DNA from: Dehalococcoidia bacterium
GTDB lineage: Bacteria > Chloroflexota > Dehalococcoidia > Bin125
Reading direction: 5' to 3'
DNA: 64,000 nt
Assembly: GCA_965242565.1 (NCBI GenBank)
Contig: OZ251457.1
Coordinates: forward strand, 2,904,653 to 2,968,652
The position numbers were made by a program, and so were the translations under genes. The notes beneath the pieces were generated by a model. That model worked only from the letters and a program-made list of their open reading frames with translations. It did not search any database and had not been told where the DNA came from. This document shows positions 36,216-46,161 of the stretch, piece after piece; the first letter of the stretch is position 1, and the number at the start of each line of letters is the position of its first letter.

Positions 36216-38675
36216 TCACTCCGCGTGGACTCCGTTTGCCCTGCCCTCGGACCCTTCCGGCATCGCGCCCGATGCCGGGATTTCCCAACCGACAAGGAGC
36301 ATGCGGTGCCAGCGCAGTACCGAACCGTCGCGCACCTCAAATGCCAGATAGGTTGCGTTTGAGGAACCTTCGAGCGGCTGGGGGCAGATCGCTGTGAACG
36401 AGTTCGCAGACAACGAACTGCGCGACGGAGACTCCAAATCGCGCGCCGTATATGGCGGTAGACCGCCGAGCGCACTCCAGAGCACTTCGACTTCCTCCCC
36501 GGGCGTGCAATTGGACGCTGCGGTTGCCGCGGAGGCGAGGAATGTATTCGGAAATGGAGGATCTTCGGTGATGGTGAGAAGCACCGGAACAGCGGCCGAG
36601 CGCCGAGGATCGCCGCTATCGGCTGCTAGAACCCAGACGGTCTGCTGCCCTGCCTCTGGCTGACACGTTACCCAAGCCGCGCCTTTGCGCGGCAGCAGGC
36701 CGTCGACTCCTTGCACTGCAACGAGATAAGGCGCTGTCGCGTCTTCTTGGATGCCCCAGGCGATCATCGCTCGCCCTCCCGGTTTGCAGAAACCCGACGG
36801 TTGTGGCACTGCCCACAGGTCGAGGCGCTCTTCGCCGCCGAATGCAGAAAGCACAGCAAAAGAAACATCTCCGCTGGCCTCTTGAGGCGGATCACTGTTG
36901 TCCTGGGCGCTGAGGTGGATGGTCCTGTCCCCAACCTCGTCGTCGCCGCACTCTACTGGGAACAGGCGATCCTCTGCCTCCATGCGTCCGTAACTCCGCG
37001 GCCCGTGGAGCCCTCCCATCCAGTGCCATCCGTCGCCGTAGAGGTTGGTGCCATCAGCAGTCACAGTATTTGGCGCCCAGAAACCGCCGCTGATGCTCAG
37101 GCGCAAGTTGACCGCACCGCCTGCCATAGTGCCGAGCAGCCTGCCGTCGTACAAGTCCATCGTGTTGTGAACGACTGGCGAACCAGCAACACAGCTTGGA
37201 GGATCTGCGTAGCCCGCGATTGTCAAAGGCGCGAGCTGATCGCGATGCTCCGGCGGCAGTTCAGGAGGACGCCCGATGGAAGCAAGGAGCGCGTCGATTT
37301 GGGCGTGAATTGGATGTGACGGCGGCAGGTCCTCTGTGCAGTCGGACTCGTATACCTTCGCACAGTCGAGGCCGCCGGTGCGACGCCAGCCCTCAGTGCC
37401 GGTTTCGATCCCGATCGAGACAAATGCTCCCGCCACACCTTCCCTGAGGCTGAAGTGCTGTTGATCTTCGCAGTGCCCGCTGCCATCGCAGGCGATACCT
37501 CCCAGTCCCTCATCCCGCACAGCCGCAGTGGGTGGAATGGTAATCAGAAGACCTGCTGAGTCGTAGAGGTAGAGGCGATAGGTCTCGCCGTTCGTAAGTT
37601 GGCGGGCTGCGTGTGCGTCTGCGATGGAGTAGATGTACGCCATGTCCGACGCGACATTGCCCTCAGCGTCGATTACTGTGCCATGGACGATTTGCAGGCC
37701 TGAGTCCGCGTATCGGCCTGTCAGCTCGCCGCATTGCACGTCGACACTACCGTTTGTGGCCTCGAACTCGCGACCGTTGATGATAACGCGATACGGCCCT
37801 GAAGCGCCCGATATCAACCATGCCACCGGAACGTCGCGAGTGGCAGCGCCACCCTGAGGCTCTGGATCTGTAGGTTGATCGCAGATCGCCGGCGCAACCA
37901 GTTTGAGTGTCAACTTTGGATCGTCGGTGTTGGCGATTCCGGGCGGCAAGGCGGCCAGTTCGGGCAGGCGACCAACGGACGCGACCAAGTCGTCAAGCGC
38001 GGCGTTGTATAGTGTCGCAATGCTGTGCGGGAGATGTTTGGCGACCTGCCGTCGCGCCTCGCGGCCGTCTGCCCGAGAGAACCAGATCACCGTTCCACCA
38101 CTGATGGCTTGGTCTGTCCAAGATCCGGTGTGCAAGACAGTCGCTACGTTATCGGGCCCGGTAGGGCTGGAGAGGTGCCGTCGCCGGTCGCCCAGGTACA
38201 GCTCTGGATCGTCGGGCATCGTCATGAGGACGCCGTAAACGCGATATGTGCGCCCTCTAGTCAAGCGTTGGTCGCGACGATTGTGAAATCGCTCAGCTGT
38301 CACAACGCGCACAGCGTACACAGGCTTGATTGCCGTCGCAGTACGCCCTTGCGCGTCAATCACACGCGCTTGAATCGTCATTACGCCAGAATCGACTTCA
38401 TCGCCCCACCAGACGCCGCAGAGCAGATCGGCTACCCCTTCGGCCTCGTCCGAGAGCGTGTTGCCGACAGCGACGCGGTAAGGCGGAGTTCCGCCAGTGA
38501 CTTCCCACGCCACATCAAGCGTCGGCATCACTTCACCGTCGTCGAAATCAGCCTCGCACATCATGGGCGCGGTGAGCTCGATGCGAAGCGGCGCCGCCGC
38601 GCTCGCGGTGGCCCAGCCCACCACCGCCGCCAAACCGAGGACGCACAGCAGAGCAGCGATCACCGCGCGCTTCAT
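36216..38675 (-). CDS. large secreted protein with He_PIG-type putative Ig-like domains
   Basis: Signal peptide MKRAVIAALLCVLGLAAVVGWATASAAA. Recurring GG(T/S)xPY motifs (TGGTPPYRV, SGASGPYRV, LGGLPPYTA). Lower GC than neighbours. Confidence 0.6.
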   Translation of the reverse strand: MKRAVIAALLCVLGLAAVVGWATASAAAPLRIELTAPMMCEADFDDGEVMPTLDVAWEVTGGTPPYRVAVGNTLSDEAEGVADLLCGVWWGDEVDSGVMTIQARVIDAQGRTATAIKPVYAVRVVTAERFHNRRDQRLTRGRTYRVYGVLMTMPDDPELYLGDRRRHLSSPTGPDNVATVLHTGSWTDQAISGGTVIWFSRADGREARRQVAKHLPHSIATLYNAALDDLVASVGRLPELAALPPGIANTDDPKLTLKLVAPAICDQPTDPEPQGGAATRDVPVAWLISGASGPYRVIINGREFEATNGSVDVQCGELTGRYADSGLQIVHGTVIDAEGNVASDMAYIYSIADAHAARQLTNGETYRLYLYDSAGLLITIPPTAAVRDEGLGGIACDGSGHCEDQQHFSLREGVAGAFVSIGIETGTEGWRRTGGLDCAKVYESDCTEDLPPSHPIHAQIDALLASIGRPPELPPEHRDQLAPLTIAGYADPPSCVAGSPVVHNTMDLYDGRLLGTMAGGAVNLRLSISGGFWAPNTVTADGTNLYGDGWHWMGGLHGPRSYGRMEAEDRLFPVECGDDEVGDRTIHLSAQDNSDPPQEASGDVSFAVLSAFGGEERLDLWAVPQPSGFCKPGGRAMIAWGIQEDATAPYLVAVQGVDGLLPRKGAAWVTCQPEAGQQTVWVLAADSGDPRRSAAVPVLLTITEDPPFPNTFLASAATAASNCTPGEEVEVLWSALGGLPPYTARDLESPSRSSLSANSFTAICPQPLEGSSNATYLAFEVRDGSVLRWHRMLLVGWEIPASGAMPEGSEGRANGVHAE

Positions 38676-38711
38676 TCCGCACCTCCCCGCCTTTCTGCGA
38701 TGACCGGCAGT

Positions 38712-39785
38712 CTACTGATTGAGCGCCGGCGCCACCCGCTCCATTAGCAGCCGCATCGAGCGCAGCACCTGCTCGTGCGGAATCATCCCCCCCGCGTTGC
38801 ACCACGTCAGAAAATGCCCCACCCCGTAGCGCTCCCGCAGCGACGCCAGCTTCGCCGCCACCTCCTCCGCGCTCCCGATCGCGCACACCTCCTCCACCAA
38901 CTCCTCGTAGCTCATCGACCGGTTGCGCTCCAACAGCGGCGGCAGATCGTTCGGATCGCCGCCCCGCGCCACGATGCTTCGCAGCCCCGTCGCCGTCACC
39001 ACGCCCATGTAGCTCATCAGGCTCGCCCGCGCCTCCTCGCGCGCCTGCTCGCCCGTCTCCGCCACATGCACCGGCAGCAGCAGCCCCGCGTCCGTCGCCG
39101 GCGGACGCGCCCCCTCGCCCGCCGTCCGCGCCCGCCAGTACTCCGCGTAGCGCCGGTCCAGATCTTCCAGGAACGCCGTGATCGGCGAGGCGAACACCCG
39201 CCAGCCCTCGCGCGCCGCCCGCTCGAACGACTCGTCGCTGTTCGCCGCCATCCGCAGCGGCGGATGCGGACGCTGCAACGGCTTGGGCACCACCTGCACA
39301 TCCGCGTAATCGAAAAAGCGCCCGTGGAAGTTGACCGGCTCGTCCGACCACGCCTGCGCAATCACTGCGAGCGCCTCGTCGAAGCGCTCCGCCCGCTCCC
39401 GCACCGGCACCCCGAAGCCCGCGAAATGCTCCGCAATCGAGCCGCGCCCCACCCCGTACTCCAGCCGCCCGCCGGAGATGATGTCCAGCGTCGCCGCATC
39501 CTCCGCCGCCCGAATCGGCTCGACCAGCGGCAGCAGCGCCACCCCCGTGCCCAGCCGAATGCGCGAAGTCCGCGCCGCCGCCGCCGCCATCGCCACCATC
39601 GGCGAGGGCAGCACCGAAAACTCCCGCACAAAGTGCATCTCCGCCAGCCACGCCGCGTCGAACCCCAACCGGTCCGCCTCCACAATCTGCGCGATCGTGT
39701 CGCGGTAGCGCGAGGCCGCATCCTGCCCCTCCGCCTGAGGCAGCTGAAAGAACAGCCCAAACTCCAGCGCCCCTGCGTCGCTCAT
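38712..39785 (-). CDS. LLM-class flavin-dependent oxidoreductase (luciferase-like monooxygenase family)
   Basis: The TIM-barrel LLM sequence pattern (FGLFFQLP..., ...GRLEYGVGRGS...) is recognised from recall. Confidence 0.75.
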   Translation of the reverse strand: MSDAGALEFGLFFQLPQAEGQDAASRYRDTIAQIVEADRLGFDAAWLAEMHFVREFSVLPSPMVAMAAAAARTSRIRLGTGVALLPLVEPIRAAEDAATLDIISGGRLEYGVGRGSIAEHFAGFGVPVRERAERFDEALAVIAQAWSDEPVNFHGRFFDYADVQVVPKPLQRPHPPLRMAANSDESFERAAREGWRVFASPITAFLEDLDRRYAEYWRARTAGEGARPPATDAGLLLPVHVAETGEQAREEARASLMSYMGVVTATGLRSIVARGGDPNDLPPLLERNRSMSYEELVEEVCAIGSAEEVAAKLASLRERYGVGHFLTWCNAGGMIPHEQVLRSMRLLMERVAPALNQ

Positions 39786-39892
39786 GGCCGCATCCCTCCC
39801 GCCCCCGCAGGCTACCCGACAGCCGCCGCCCGGCGCAGGGGTAGAATGGCGGGACGCGGCGCGGCAAGGCTGCGGGACGGGTTCTGAGGGCG

Positions 39893-42800
39893 ATGGCCAT
39901 CAACCACCAGGCGATCAGCGAGGACAACACGGGCCGATACGGGACCGACATCGCGGACTACGGCCCGGTGCTGCTCACGAATCCCTACGCTAAGCGAACT
40001 CACTTCGTCTTTGAGCTGATGCAGAACACGGAAGACGCCCTCCGCCGCTGCGCGAACCCCAAGTCGCGCGCCGTGAGGTTCGAGATCGGCGAATCCTCGC
40101 TGGTCGTGCGGCATTTTGGCGAGCCGTTCACAGAGGACGATGTGCGGAGCATCTGCGCGCTCGCCAAGAGCACCAAAAAGACGACGGACATCGGCCGCTT
40201 CGGCATCGGCTTCAAATCCGTCTATGCCTGGACCAACCGCCCCGAGATCCACTCCGGCGGCGAGCACTTCGCCATCGAGAACTATGTTCACCCGACACCG
40301 ACAGCCGAGATCGTCAGCGAACCTGACGAGACGGTGATCGTCATCCCCTTCAAGGACAAGATGGCCGGCTCCCGCGGTGAGATCGTCAAAGCCTTGCTAA
40401 GCGACAGCGGCAGCGCCCTGCTGTTTCTCCGCGAGATCGAGGAGATCGAGTGGGGCACCGACGGCGAGTCATCGGGCCACTATCTGCGCGAGCGAAAGCC
40501 GCTCGACAACGATGTGCATGTCGTGACAATCGTCGGCAAGGACGGCTCGGCGGAAACGGAGTCATCGTGGCTCGTGTTTTCCGAGCCGGTGGAGCACGAC
40601 GGAACGCGCGTAGGGCATGTGGAGATCGCGTTCAACCATGTCGCCGCGTCCGGCGACGATCCGGCCCGCATCAAGCCGGTGCCCTCGTCGCCCTTGAGCG
40701 CCTACTTCCCTACCGCGCTGGAAACCCATTTGGGCTTCCTCATGCAAGGCCCCTACCGCACAACGCCCGCCAGGAACTACGTGCTGCCCAATGACGAGTG
40801 GAACATTGACCTCGTGACGCAGACCGCAGCGCTGCTCAAGCGGACGCTGCCGTGGCTGCGCGACCACGGCTATCTCACCCCAGCCGGGCTCGAGTGCCTG
40901 CCGTTCGACCCGATCAGGTTCGACGACGCGAACATGTTCGCGCCATTGTTCAATGCGACGAAGGAAGCTCTCACGTCGGAGCCGTTGCTGCCGGCAGCCC
41001 TGCCTACCCATATCTCCGCGCGAGAAAGCGTGCTTGGTGGAACTACCACCCTGCGCGAGTTGTTCAGCGCCGAGCAGGTCACCGAGCTGCTGGGGTCGAC
41101 GGAAAGACTCGCATGGCTCGACGCACAGATCACGCGAGCTCGGACTCCGAACCTGCACAACTATCTTCATGGCGTACTTGACGTGCATGAGGTTGATGGC
41201 GTCGGCACGATCGTGCGGAGGCTGGACCGATCATTTCTGGAGCAGCAAACGGACGAGTGGATGCGTGCGCTGTACACGGCGCTCAAGGACCAAACGACGA
41301 TGCAGAGGCAGGAGTGGTTCGCCGCAATTCCGGTCGTTCGCTTGGAGGACGGGACCCATGTCCGGGCGCACGCAGGAGAAGCACCCGCAGCATACCTGCC
41401 CACATCGGCGGAAACAGGCTATCCCACAGTGCGGCGGGCAGTTTGCGACACGGATGACGCTCGCGGGTTCTTGGAGGAGATCGGCCTCCGCGAGCCCGAT
41501 CCAATCGACGACGTGATCGACAATGTCTTGCCAGCCTATGCGGACGGAACGGCGCCCGTCGATGACGAAGGACGATACGCTAATGACCTCCAGCGCCTCG
41601 TGGCTGCTTATCAGGCAGGGTCGACAAATCGGCGGCAGGACCTGGCGAGAAAATTGCGTCGCACGCCGTTCGTGAAGGCTACTGACGCTGAGACTGGTGG
41701 GGTCGCATACGTCAGGCCGACAACGGCGTATGCCCCAACCAGGGAGTTGCGAGCACTGTTCAACGGTGTTCTCGGCGTGTCGTTTCTCGATCCTTCGATG
41801 CGGTATTTCGACGATGCCGACGTCAAGGCAATGCTCGAAGCGTGCGGCGTATCGGCGAGGCTGCGAGCCAGGCGCGTCGTCTACGATAACAATACGCCGC
41901 CTGATCAATGGAAGAAGCTGGCGAACGACGTGCAACTACCGTACTCGACTCGAGAACGTCGAGTAGAAGATCGGGACCTTCGGGGGCTTTCAGCACTGCT
42001 TAAGACGCTCCCGAATCTCAACCAAGAGCGTCAAAACGAAATTGCACCAACGCTATGGGCATGCCTCGGCGATCTCGCCGCACACACCAACAACGCATCA
42101 TTCGACGGTATAGACCGCTACTTCTACCGTACAGCACAAGTCAAGCGGTTCCCTGCACAGTTCATCAGGGCATTGAATGCCGAGCATTGGGTGCCGACTG
42201 ATGACGGCCGACTGGCAAAGCCTGAAGAGGTCGTGTTCGAGTCGCTCGGATGGGTACCCAATCCATTCCTGGAAGAGCGGATTCAGTTCAAGGAGATCGC
42301 TGCACCTCCGATCGTTACACTGGCCGAACAGGCCGATGTCGATGTGGGGGCGCTCGCGTTGCTCAAGGAACATGGGGTTACCCAGGACGACCTGAAAGAG
42401 ATGCTGGACCGAAGGCGAGATGTCGAGCGAGAAGCTCAGACGGAGCCGGAGCGTCAGACGCCCGCTCGCACTGGCGGCTCACGCAGGGAATTCCGTTCCT
42501 ACGTGGCTGCTGAGCGCACGCGCGAGATCGCCGACGGGAGCGTCGAACAGGAGAGGCGGCTGCAGCTCGAGGAGCTTGCCATCCAGCACATTGAGGCTCA
42601 CGAGTCGGAGTGGACTCGAACGGAGCAGAACAACCCCGGCTTTGACCTCTACCAAACCAACGCCGACGGGGGGACCGTGAAGTGGTGCGAGGTCAAGTCG
42701 CTCAGCGGCGCGTGGGGAGATCGTCCCGTCACGATGTCGCACACACAGTTCGAGCTCGCACAAGACAAGGGCGACGCCTATTGGCTCTACGTCGTGGAGC

Positions 42801-42916
42801 ATGCGGGCGACCCGGAACGGATCCGGCTCCTGCGCATCCAGGACCCCGCCGGGCAGGCGCGAACGTTCACCTTCGATCAGGGCTGGGCGGAAGTCGCGGT
42901 CGGTGAGGCCGAGTGA
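39893..42916 (+). CDS. 1007-aa fusion of an N-terminal GHKL-type (sacsin/MORC-like) ATPase with a C-terminal DUF3883-like (predicted REase-fold) domain
   Basis: The Bergerat N-box-like FVFELMQNTEDA lies at the N-terminus and the G-box-like RFGIGFKSVY follows it. The C-terminal ~100 aa (GFDLYQTNADGGTVKWCEVKSL...YWLYVVEHAG) resembles DUF3883. Lower GC than flanks. Confidence 0.7.
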   Translation: MAINHQAISEDNTGRYGTDIADYGPVLLTNPYAKRTHFVFELMQNTEDALRRCANPKSRAVRFEIGESSLVVRHFGEPFTEDDVRSICALAKSTKKTTDIGRFGIGFKSVYAWTNRPEIHSGGEHFAIENYVHPTPTAEIVSEPDETVIVIPFKDKMAGSRGEIVKALLSDSGSALLFLREIEEIEWGTDGESSGHYLRERKPLDNDVHVVTIVGKDGSAETESSWLVFSEPVEHDGTRVGHVEIAFNHVAASGDDPARIKPVPSSPLSAYFPTALETHLGFLMQGPYRTTPARNYVLPNDEWNIDLVTQTAALLKRTLPWLRDHGYLTPAGLECLPFDPIRFDDANMFAPLFNATKEALTSEPLLPAALPTHISARESVLGGTTTLRELFSAEQVTELLGSTERLAWLDAQITRARTPNLHNYLHGVLDVHEVDGVGTIVRRLDRSFLEQQTDEWMRALYTALKDQTTMQRQEWFAAIPVVRLEDGTHVRAHAGEAPAAYLPTSAETGYPTVRRAVCDTDDARGFLEEIGLREPDPIDDVIDNVLPAYADGTAPVDDEGRYANDLQRLVAAYQAGSTNRRQDLARKLRRTPFVKATDAETGGVAYVRPTTAYAPTRELRALFNGVLGVSFLDPSMRYFDDADVKAMLEACGVSARLRARRVVYDNNTPPDQWKKLANDVQLPYSTRERRVEDRDLRGLSALLKTLPNLNQERQNEIAPTLWACLGDLAAHTNNASFDGIDRYFYRTAQVKRFPAQFIRALNAEHWVPTDDGRLAKPEEVVFESLGWVPNPFLEERIQFKEIAAPPIVTLAEQADVDVGALALLKEHGVTQDDLKEMLDRRRDVEREAQTEPERQTPARTGGSRREFRSYVAAERTREIADGSVEQERRLQLEELAIQHIEAHESEWTRTEQNNPGFDLYQTNADGGTVKWCEVKSLSGAWGDRPVTMSHTQFELAQDKGDAYWLYVVEHAGDPERIRLLRIQDPAGQARTFTFDQGWAEVAVGEAE

Positions 42917-42983
42917 GGGCGGCCGCGCTGACCTATAATGAGCGCGACGGCACGGACGCGGGCACGCGGGACGGAGGGCTGCC

Positions 42984-43538
42984 ATGACCTACACGCTGAT
43001 GGACTTTGCGCAGGAGGCGCAGCGCATCGTCGATCGCGGCGACGGCGCGGAGCGCACGATCGCCGCCATCGCCGGGCCGCTCGAGCGGATCATCTCGCGC
43101 CCCGACTGCCTCACCGACCTGCCCGACCGCGACGATCCCAGCCTCGACGAGGGCTTCATGATCCACCGCTCCGACAACCTCACGATTAACGCCGTCGTCT
43201 GGGCGCCCGACAGCGGCGCGCCGATCCACAATCACAACGGCTGGGCCATGGAAGGCGTCATCTCCGGCGTCGAACTCAACCGCAACTTCGACCGCACCGA
43301 CGACGGCTCGCAGCCCTGGTTCGCCACGCTTGAAGAGCGCGACCCCACCCGCGTTGAGGCCGGCCAGACCACCTACCTGCCCGAGCCGCCCTCCGACATC
43401 CACGCCGTCGAAATCGCGCACGGCAAGACCGTCGCCATCCATGTCTACGGACTCGACCTGTTCAAGCAGTGGCGCTACCGCTTCGACCTGGAGACGGGCA
43501 AGGTGACGCCGTTCGGCATGCGCACCCGCGCCCGGTAG
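42984..43538 (+). CDS. cupin-fold protein, possibly a thiol-dioxygenase-like metal-dependent enzyme
   Basis: Small ORF containing His-rich IHNHNGWAMEG and HAVEIAHG motifs typical of cupin metal sites. Confidence 0.55.
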   Translation: MTYTLMDFAQEAQRIVDRGDGAERTIAAIAGPLERIISRPDCLTDLPDRDDPSLDEGFMIHRSDNLTINAVVWAPDSGAPIHNHNGWAMEGVISGVELNRNFDRTDDGSQPWFATLEERDPTRVEAGQTTYLPEPPSDIHAVEIAHGKTVAIHVYGLDLFKQWRYRFDLETGKVTPFGMRTRAR

Positions 43539-43589
43539 CGGACAGCAGCGGGCGCGGAACCTCAGACGACAACACGGAAGGAACGGATC

Positions 43590-44366
43590 ATGGGCAAGCT
43601 CGATGGCAAAGTGGCGCTGATCTCCGGCGGTTCGCGCGGGCAAGGCGAGTCGCAGGCGCGGCTCTTCGCGCAGGAGGGTGCCTCCGTCGCCCTCGCCGAT
43701 GTGCTCGACGCCGAGGGCCAGCTGGTCGCCGCCAGCATCAACGACACCGGCGGCGACGCCGTCTACCACCACCTCGACGTCTCCGAGCAGAGCCAGTGGG
43801 CCGAGGTCGTCGACGCCGTGGTCGAGCAGTACGGACGGCTCGACATCCTGATCAACAACGCCGGCATCGCCCGCATGAAGCTGATCGAGGACTCCTCGCT
43901 GCAGGAATACCTGGAGGTGATCCGCATCAACCAGGTCGGCGTCTGGCTCGGCATGCGCGCCGCGATCAAGGCGATGAAGGACGCCGGCGGCGGCTGCATC
44001 ATCAACACCTCGTCAACCGCGGGGTTGGAGGGCTACCCCGGCCTCTCCGCCTACGTCTCCTCCAAGTTCGCGGTGCGCGGCATGACCAAAGTCGCCGCGC
44101 TCGAGCTGGGCCGCCACAACATCCGCGTCAACTCCGTACACCCCGGCCCGATCGACACGCCGATGATCCGCGACCCGCAGCTGGCGGCGCAGGCGCAGGG
44201 CGGCGAGATCGGCATCACCGCGCCGATCCCGCGCGTCGGCGAGGCCGACGAGGTCGCCAAGATGATGCTCTTCATCGCCGCCGATGCCACCTACAGCACC
44301 GGCGCCGAATTCGTCATCGACGGCGGCATCACCGCCGGCACGGCCCTCACCGCGCCGCCCGAATAG
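43590..44366 (+). CDS. SDR-family NAD(P)-dependent oxidoreductase
   Basis: Cofactor motif GKVALISGGSRGQG, NNAG, and the catalytic S...YxxxK (YVSSK). Confidence 0.85.
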   Translation: MGKLDGKVALISGGSRGQGESQARLFAQEGASVALADVLDAEGQLVAASINDTGGDAVYHHLDVSEQSQWAEVVDAVVEQYGRLDILINNAGIARMKLIEDSSLQEYLEVIRINQVGVWLGMRAAIKAMKDAGGGCIINTSSTAGLEGYPGLSAYVSSKFAVRGMTKVAALELGRHNIRVNSVHPGPIDTPMIRDPQLAAQAQGGEIGITAPIPRVGEADEVAKMMLFIAADATYSTGAEFVIDGGITAGTALTAPPE

Positions 44367-44369
44367 CCG

Positions 44370-44470
44370 CCTAACCCCCCGTCACACCCGAGCCCCCCCC
44401 CGTCAGCCCGCGCCCGCCACCGTCATACCCGCGCTTGCCGCGGGTATCTCGCCGTGTTCAGCAACCAACG
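44370..44470. repeat. dispersed palindromic repeat family member
   Basis: Reads ccgtcacacccg...ccgtcagcccgcg...ccgtcatacccgcgcttgccgcgggtatctcgccgtg. Confidence 0.75.
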
Positions 44471-44472
44471 CC

Positions 44473-45240
44473 CTACCCGTTGACATCGCAGCCCAGAAAA
44501 ACCCGCCCGCGCCGTCGGCACGCCTCCAGCACCGAAAACGTGCCGGCCGCCGGGTCCACCACCAGGTCGCCCGGATTGGTCACCGCCTCGATCAGCGCCG
44601 CCTGTAGCTCCACCGGCTTCGGGTGGACTCCCCCCTGCTTCGGGACCCGCTCGGTCCACACATCCGGGATCGTGTGAACCTTCCAGACGCCCTTGGCCTT
44701 GCGGGGCGATTTCTGTAGGACCACAAGGTGCTCCGACTTGCGGCGCGAGCGATAGCCCATGCCGATCTTGTCCTTGTCCCACGTGATCATGTCCACGGTT
44801 TCCAGCGAGGTGCCGCTGAGCCAGTCCCGGAAGCCGGTACAGAGGTGAAATTTGTCCATCCAGAGGAAGAGGTGGCCGCTGGGGATCAGGATGCGATCCA
44901 GCTCGCCGATGAACTCCGCGATGGTGTCGTCATTCATCTGCGGCAGCCCGGCGCGACCCTGCCCTCGGTTCTCGCCCTCGTTGCCGTACGCCAGGTGATC
45001 GAGCACACCGCGGTATTGCGGGTCGAAGAACGCCGCCGCGACCGCGCTCTCCGGCAATTGCGCGAGCAAATCGCGCCCATCCATCTGCAGCCGCGTATTG
45101 GGCGCCAGCTCCGCCGGCAGCGCCAACGCCGGCTGCTCAAGCGCGCGCTCACTGGAGAAGACGGATGCGGAATTCGCCTCAGCGTCGTCGAACAGCGGAG
45201 CCGAAGCTTCGCCGAGCGCGACTGTTGAACGGCGTGCCAT
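44473..45240 (-). CDS. DNA methyltransferase (N4-cytosine or N6-adenine, beta-class: motif IV before motif I), apparently orphan
   Basis: Motif IV FFDPQYR is followed later by the SAM motif I VVDPAAGTFSV. No adjacent restriction endonuclease candidate is visible. Confidence 0.7.
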   Translation of the reverse strand: MARRSTVALGEASAPLFDDAEANSASVFSSERALEQPALALPAELAPNTRLQMDGRDLLAQLPESAVAAAFFDPQYRGVLDHLAYGNEGENRGQGRAGLPQMNDDTIAEFIGELDRILIPSGHLFLWMDKFHLCTGFRDWLSGTSLETVDMITWDKDKIGMGYRSRRKSEHLVVLQKSPRKAKGVWKVHTIPDVWTERVPKQGGVHPKPVELQAALIEAVTNPGDLVVDPAAGTFSVLEACRRRGRVFLGCDVNG

Positions 45241-45301
45241 CGGCAGATCCTCTCTGGCTGAGCCAACATATCAGAAGCGCTGACCAAACGTTCTAGACCG
45301 A

Positions 45302-45658
45302 TTATTGAGCCAGCGGCTTGGCGAATGAGAGCTCGTGCCCGTCGGGATCGAGGATGTGGAAATACCGCTCGCGCCACGGCGCATCGCGCGGGGCGAACTC
45401 CGGACACAGGCCGGCCGCCAGCGCCGAGGCGTGGAATTCATCCACGTCCTCCACATAAAAGATCGCCCGTCCCCAGAAGCCCGGCGCGCCCTCCGCCGCG
45501 ATCAGGTTCAGGTAGCTCTCGCCCGCCCGATACGACGTAAAGCCCGCCTCGGGCCCGCCGTAGATCCGCTCAAAGCCCAGCGCCTCGTAGAACGCGACGC
45601 TGCGCCCCATCTCGCTTACCGCCAGCGTGACCGCGCTCAGCGCCGTGACCCTGCTCAT
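45302..45658 (-). CDS. VOC-family (glyoxalase/bleomycin-resistance fold) protein
   Basis: Small ORF, ~118 aa, with a typical VOC sequence pattern. Confidence 0.65.
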   Translation of the reverse strand: MSRVTALSAVTLAVSEMGRSVAFYEALGFERIYGGPEAGFTSYRAGESYLNLIAAEGAPGFWGRAIFYVEDVDEFHASALAAGLCPEFAPRDAPWRERYFHILDPDGHELSFAKPLAQ

Positions 45659-45665
45659 GCTCCGC

Positions 45666-46070
45666 TCACGTCAGATCGGTGAACGGGTTGTGCGCGACCT
45701 CCCACATGTAGCCGTCGGGATCGCTGAAATAGCCCGAATAGCCGCCCCAGAACGTTGACTCGGCCGCCTTGACGATCTCCGCGCCCGCTCGCTCCGCCTC
45801 TGCCAGCGTCGCGTCCACCTCGGCCGGCGAGCCGACGTTGCGCGCCAGCGTGATCGTCTGCGTCCCGCCGCCGCTCCAGGCGACCTCCGCCTCCTCGCGC
45901 AGCTTCTCCAGCGGGTAGAGCGCCAGCCAGGTCCCCTCCAGTTCGAAGAAGACGATGTTCGCGCCGTCCTCGTAGTCATGCGTGGGCAGACCGAGACCGT
46001 CGCGGTAGAAACGCAGCGACGCCGCCAGGTCCGCAACGCCGAGCGTGATGATGCTGATCTTGGGTTTCAT
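45666..46070 (-). CDS. VOC-family (glyoxalase-like) protein
   Basis: 134-aa ORF with a typical glyoxalase-fold pattern (GYFSDPDGYMWEV). Confidence 0.65.
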   Translation of the reverse strand: MKPKISIITLGVADLAASLRFYRDGLGLPTHDYEDGANIVFFELEGTWLALYPLEKLREEAEVAWSGGGTQTITLARNVGSPAEVDATLAEAERAGAEIVKAAESTFWGGYSGYFSDPDGYMWEVAHNPFTDLT

Positions 46071-46161
46071 GACGGCTCGTTGGGGCTGGCGTCGGACACA
46101 GCGACGGGGACGGAGCGTGCGGCTCCGTCCCTGTCGATTGGGCTTGGGCTGTCGACCTGAG

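Noticed and set aside
38548-39951. 467-aa minus-strand ORF and 370-aa plus-strand ORF overlapping the LLM oxidoreductase gene
   Set aside because: Alternative frames of the same GC-rich coding region. Only the 38712..39785 frame gives an LLM-family protein.
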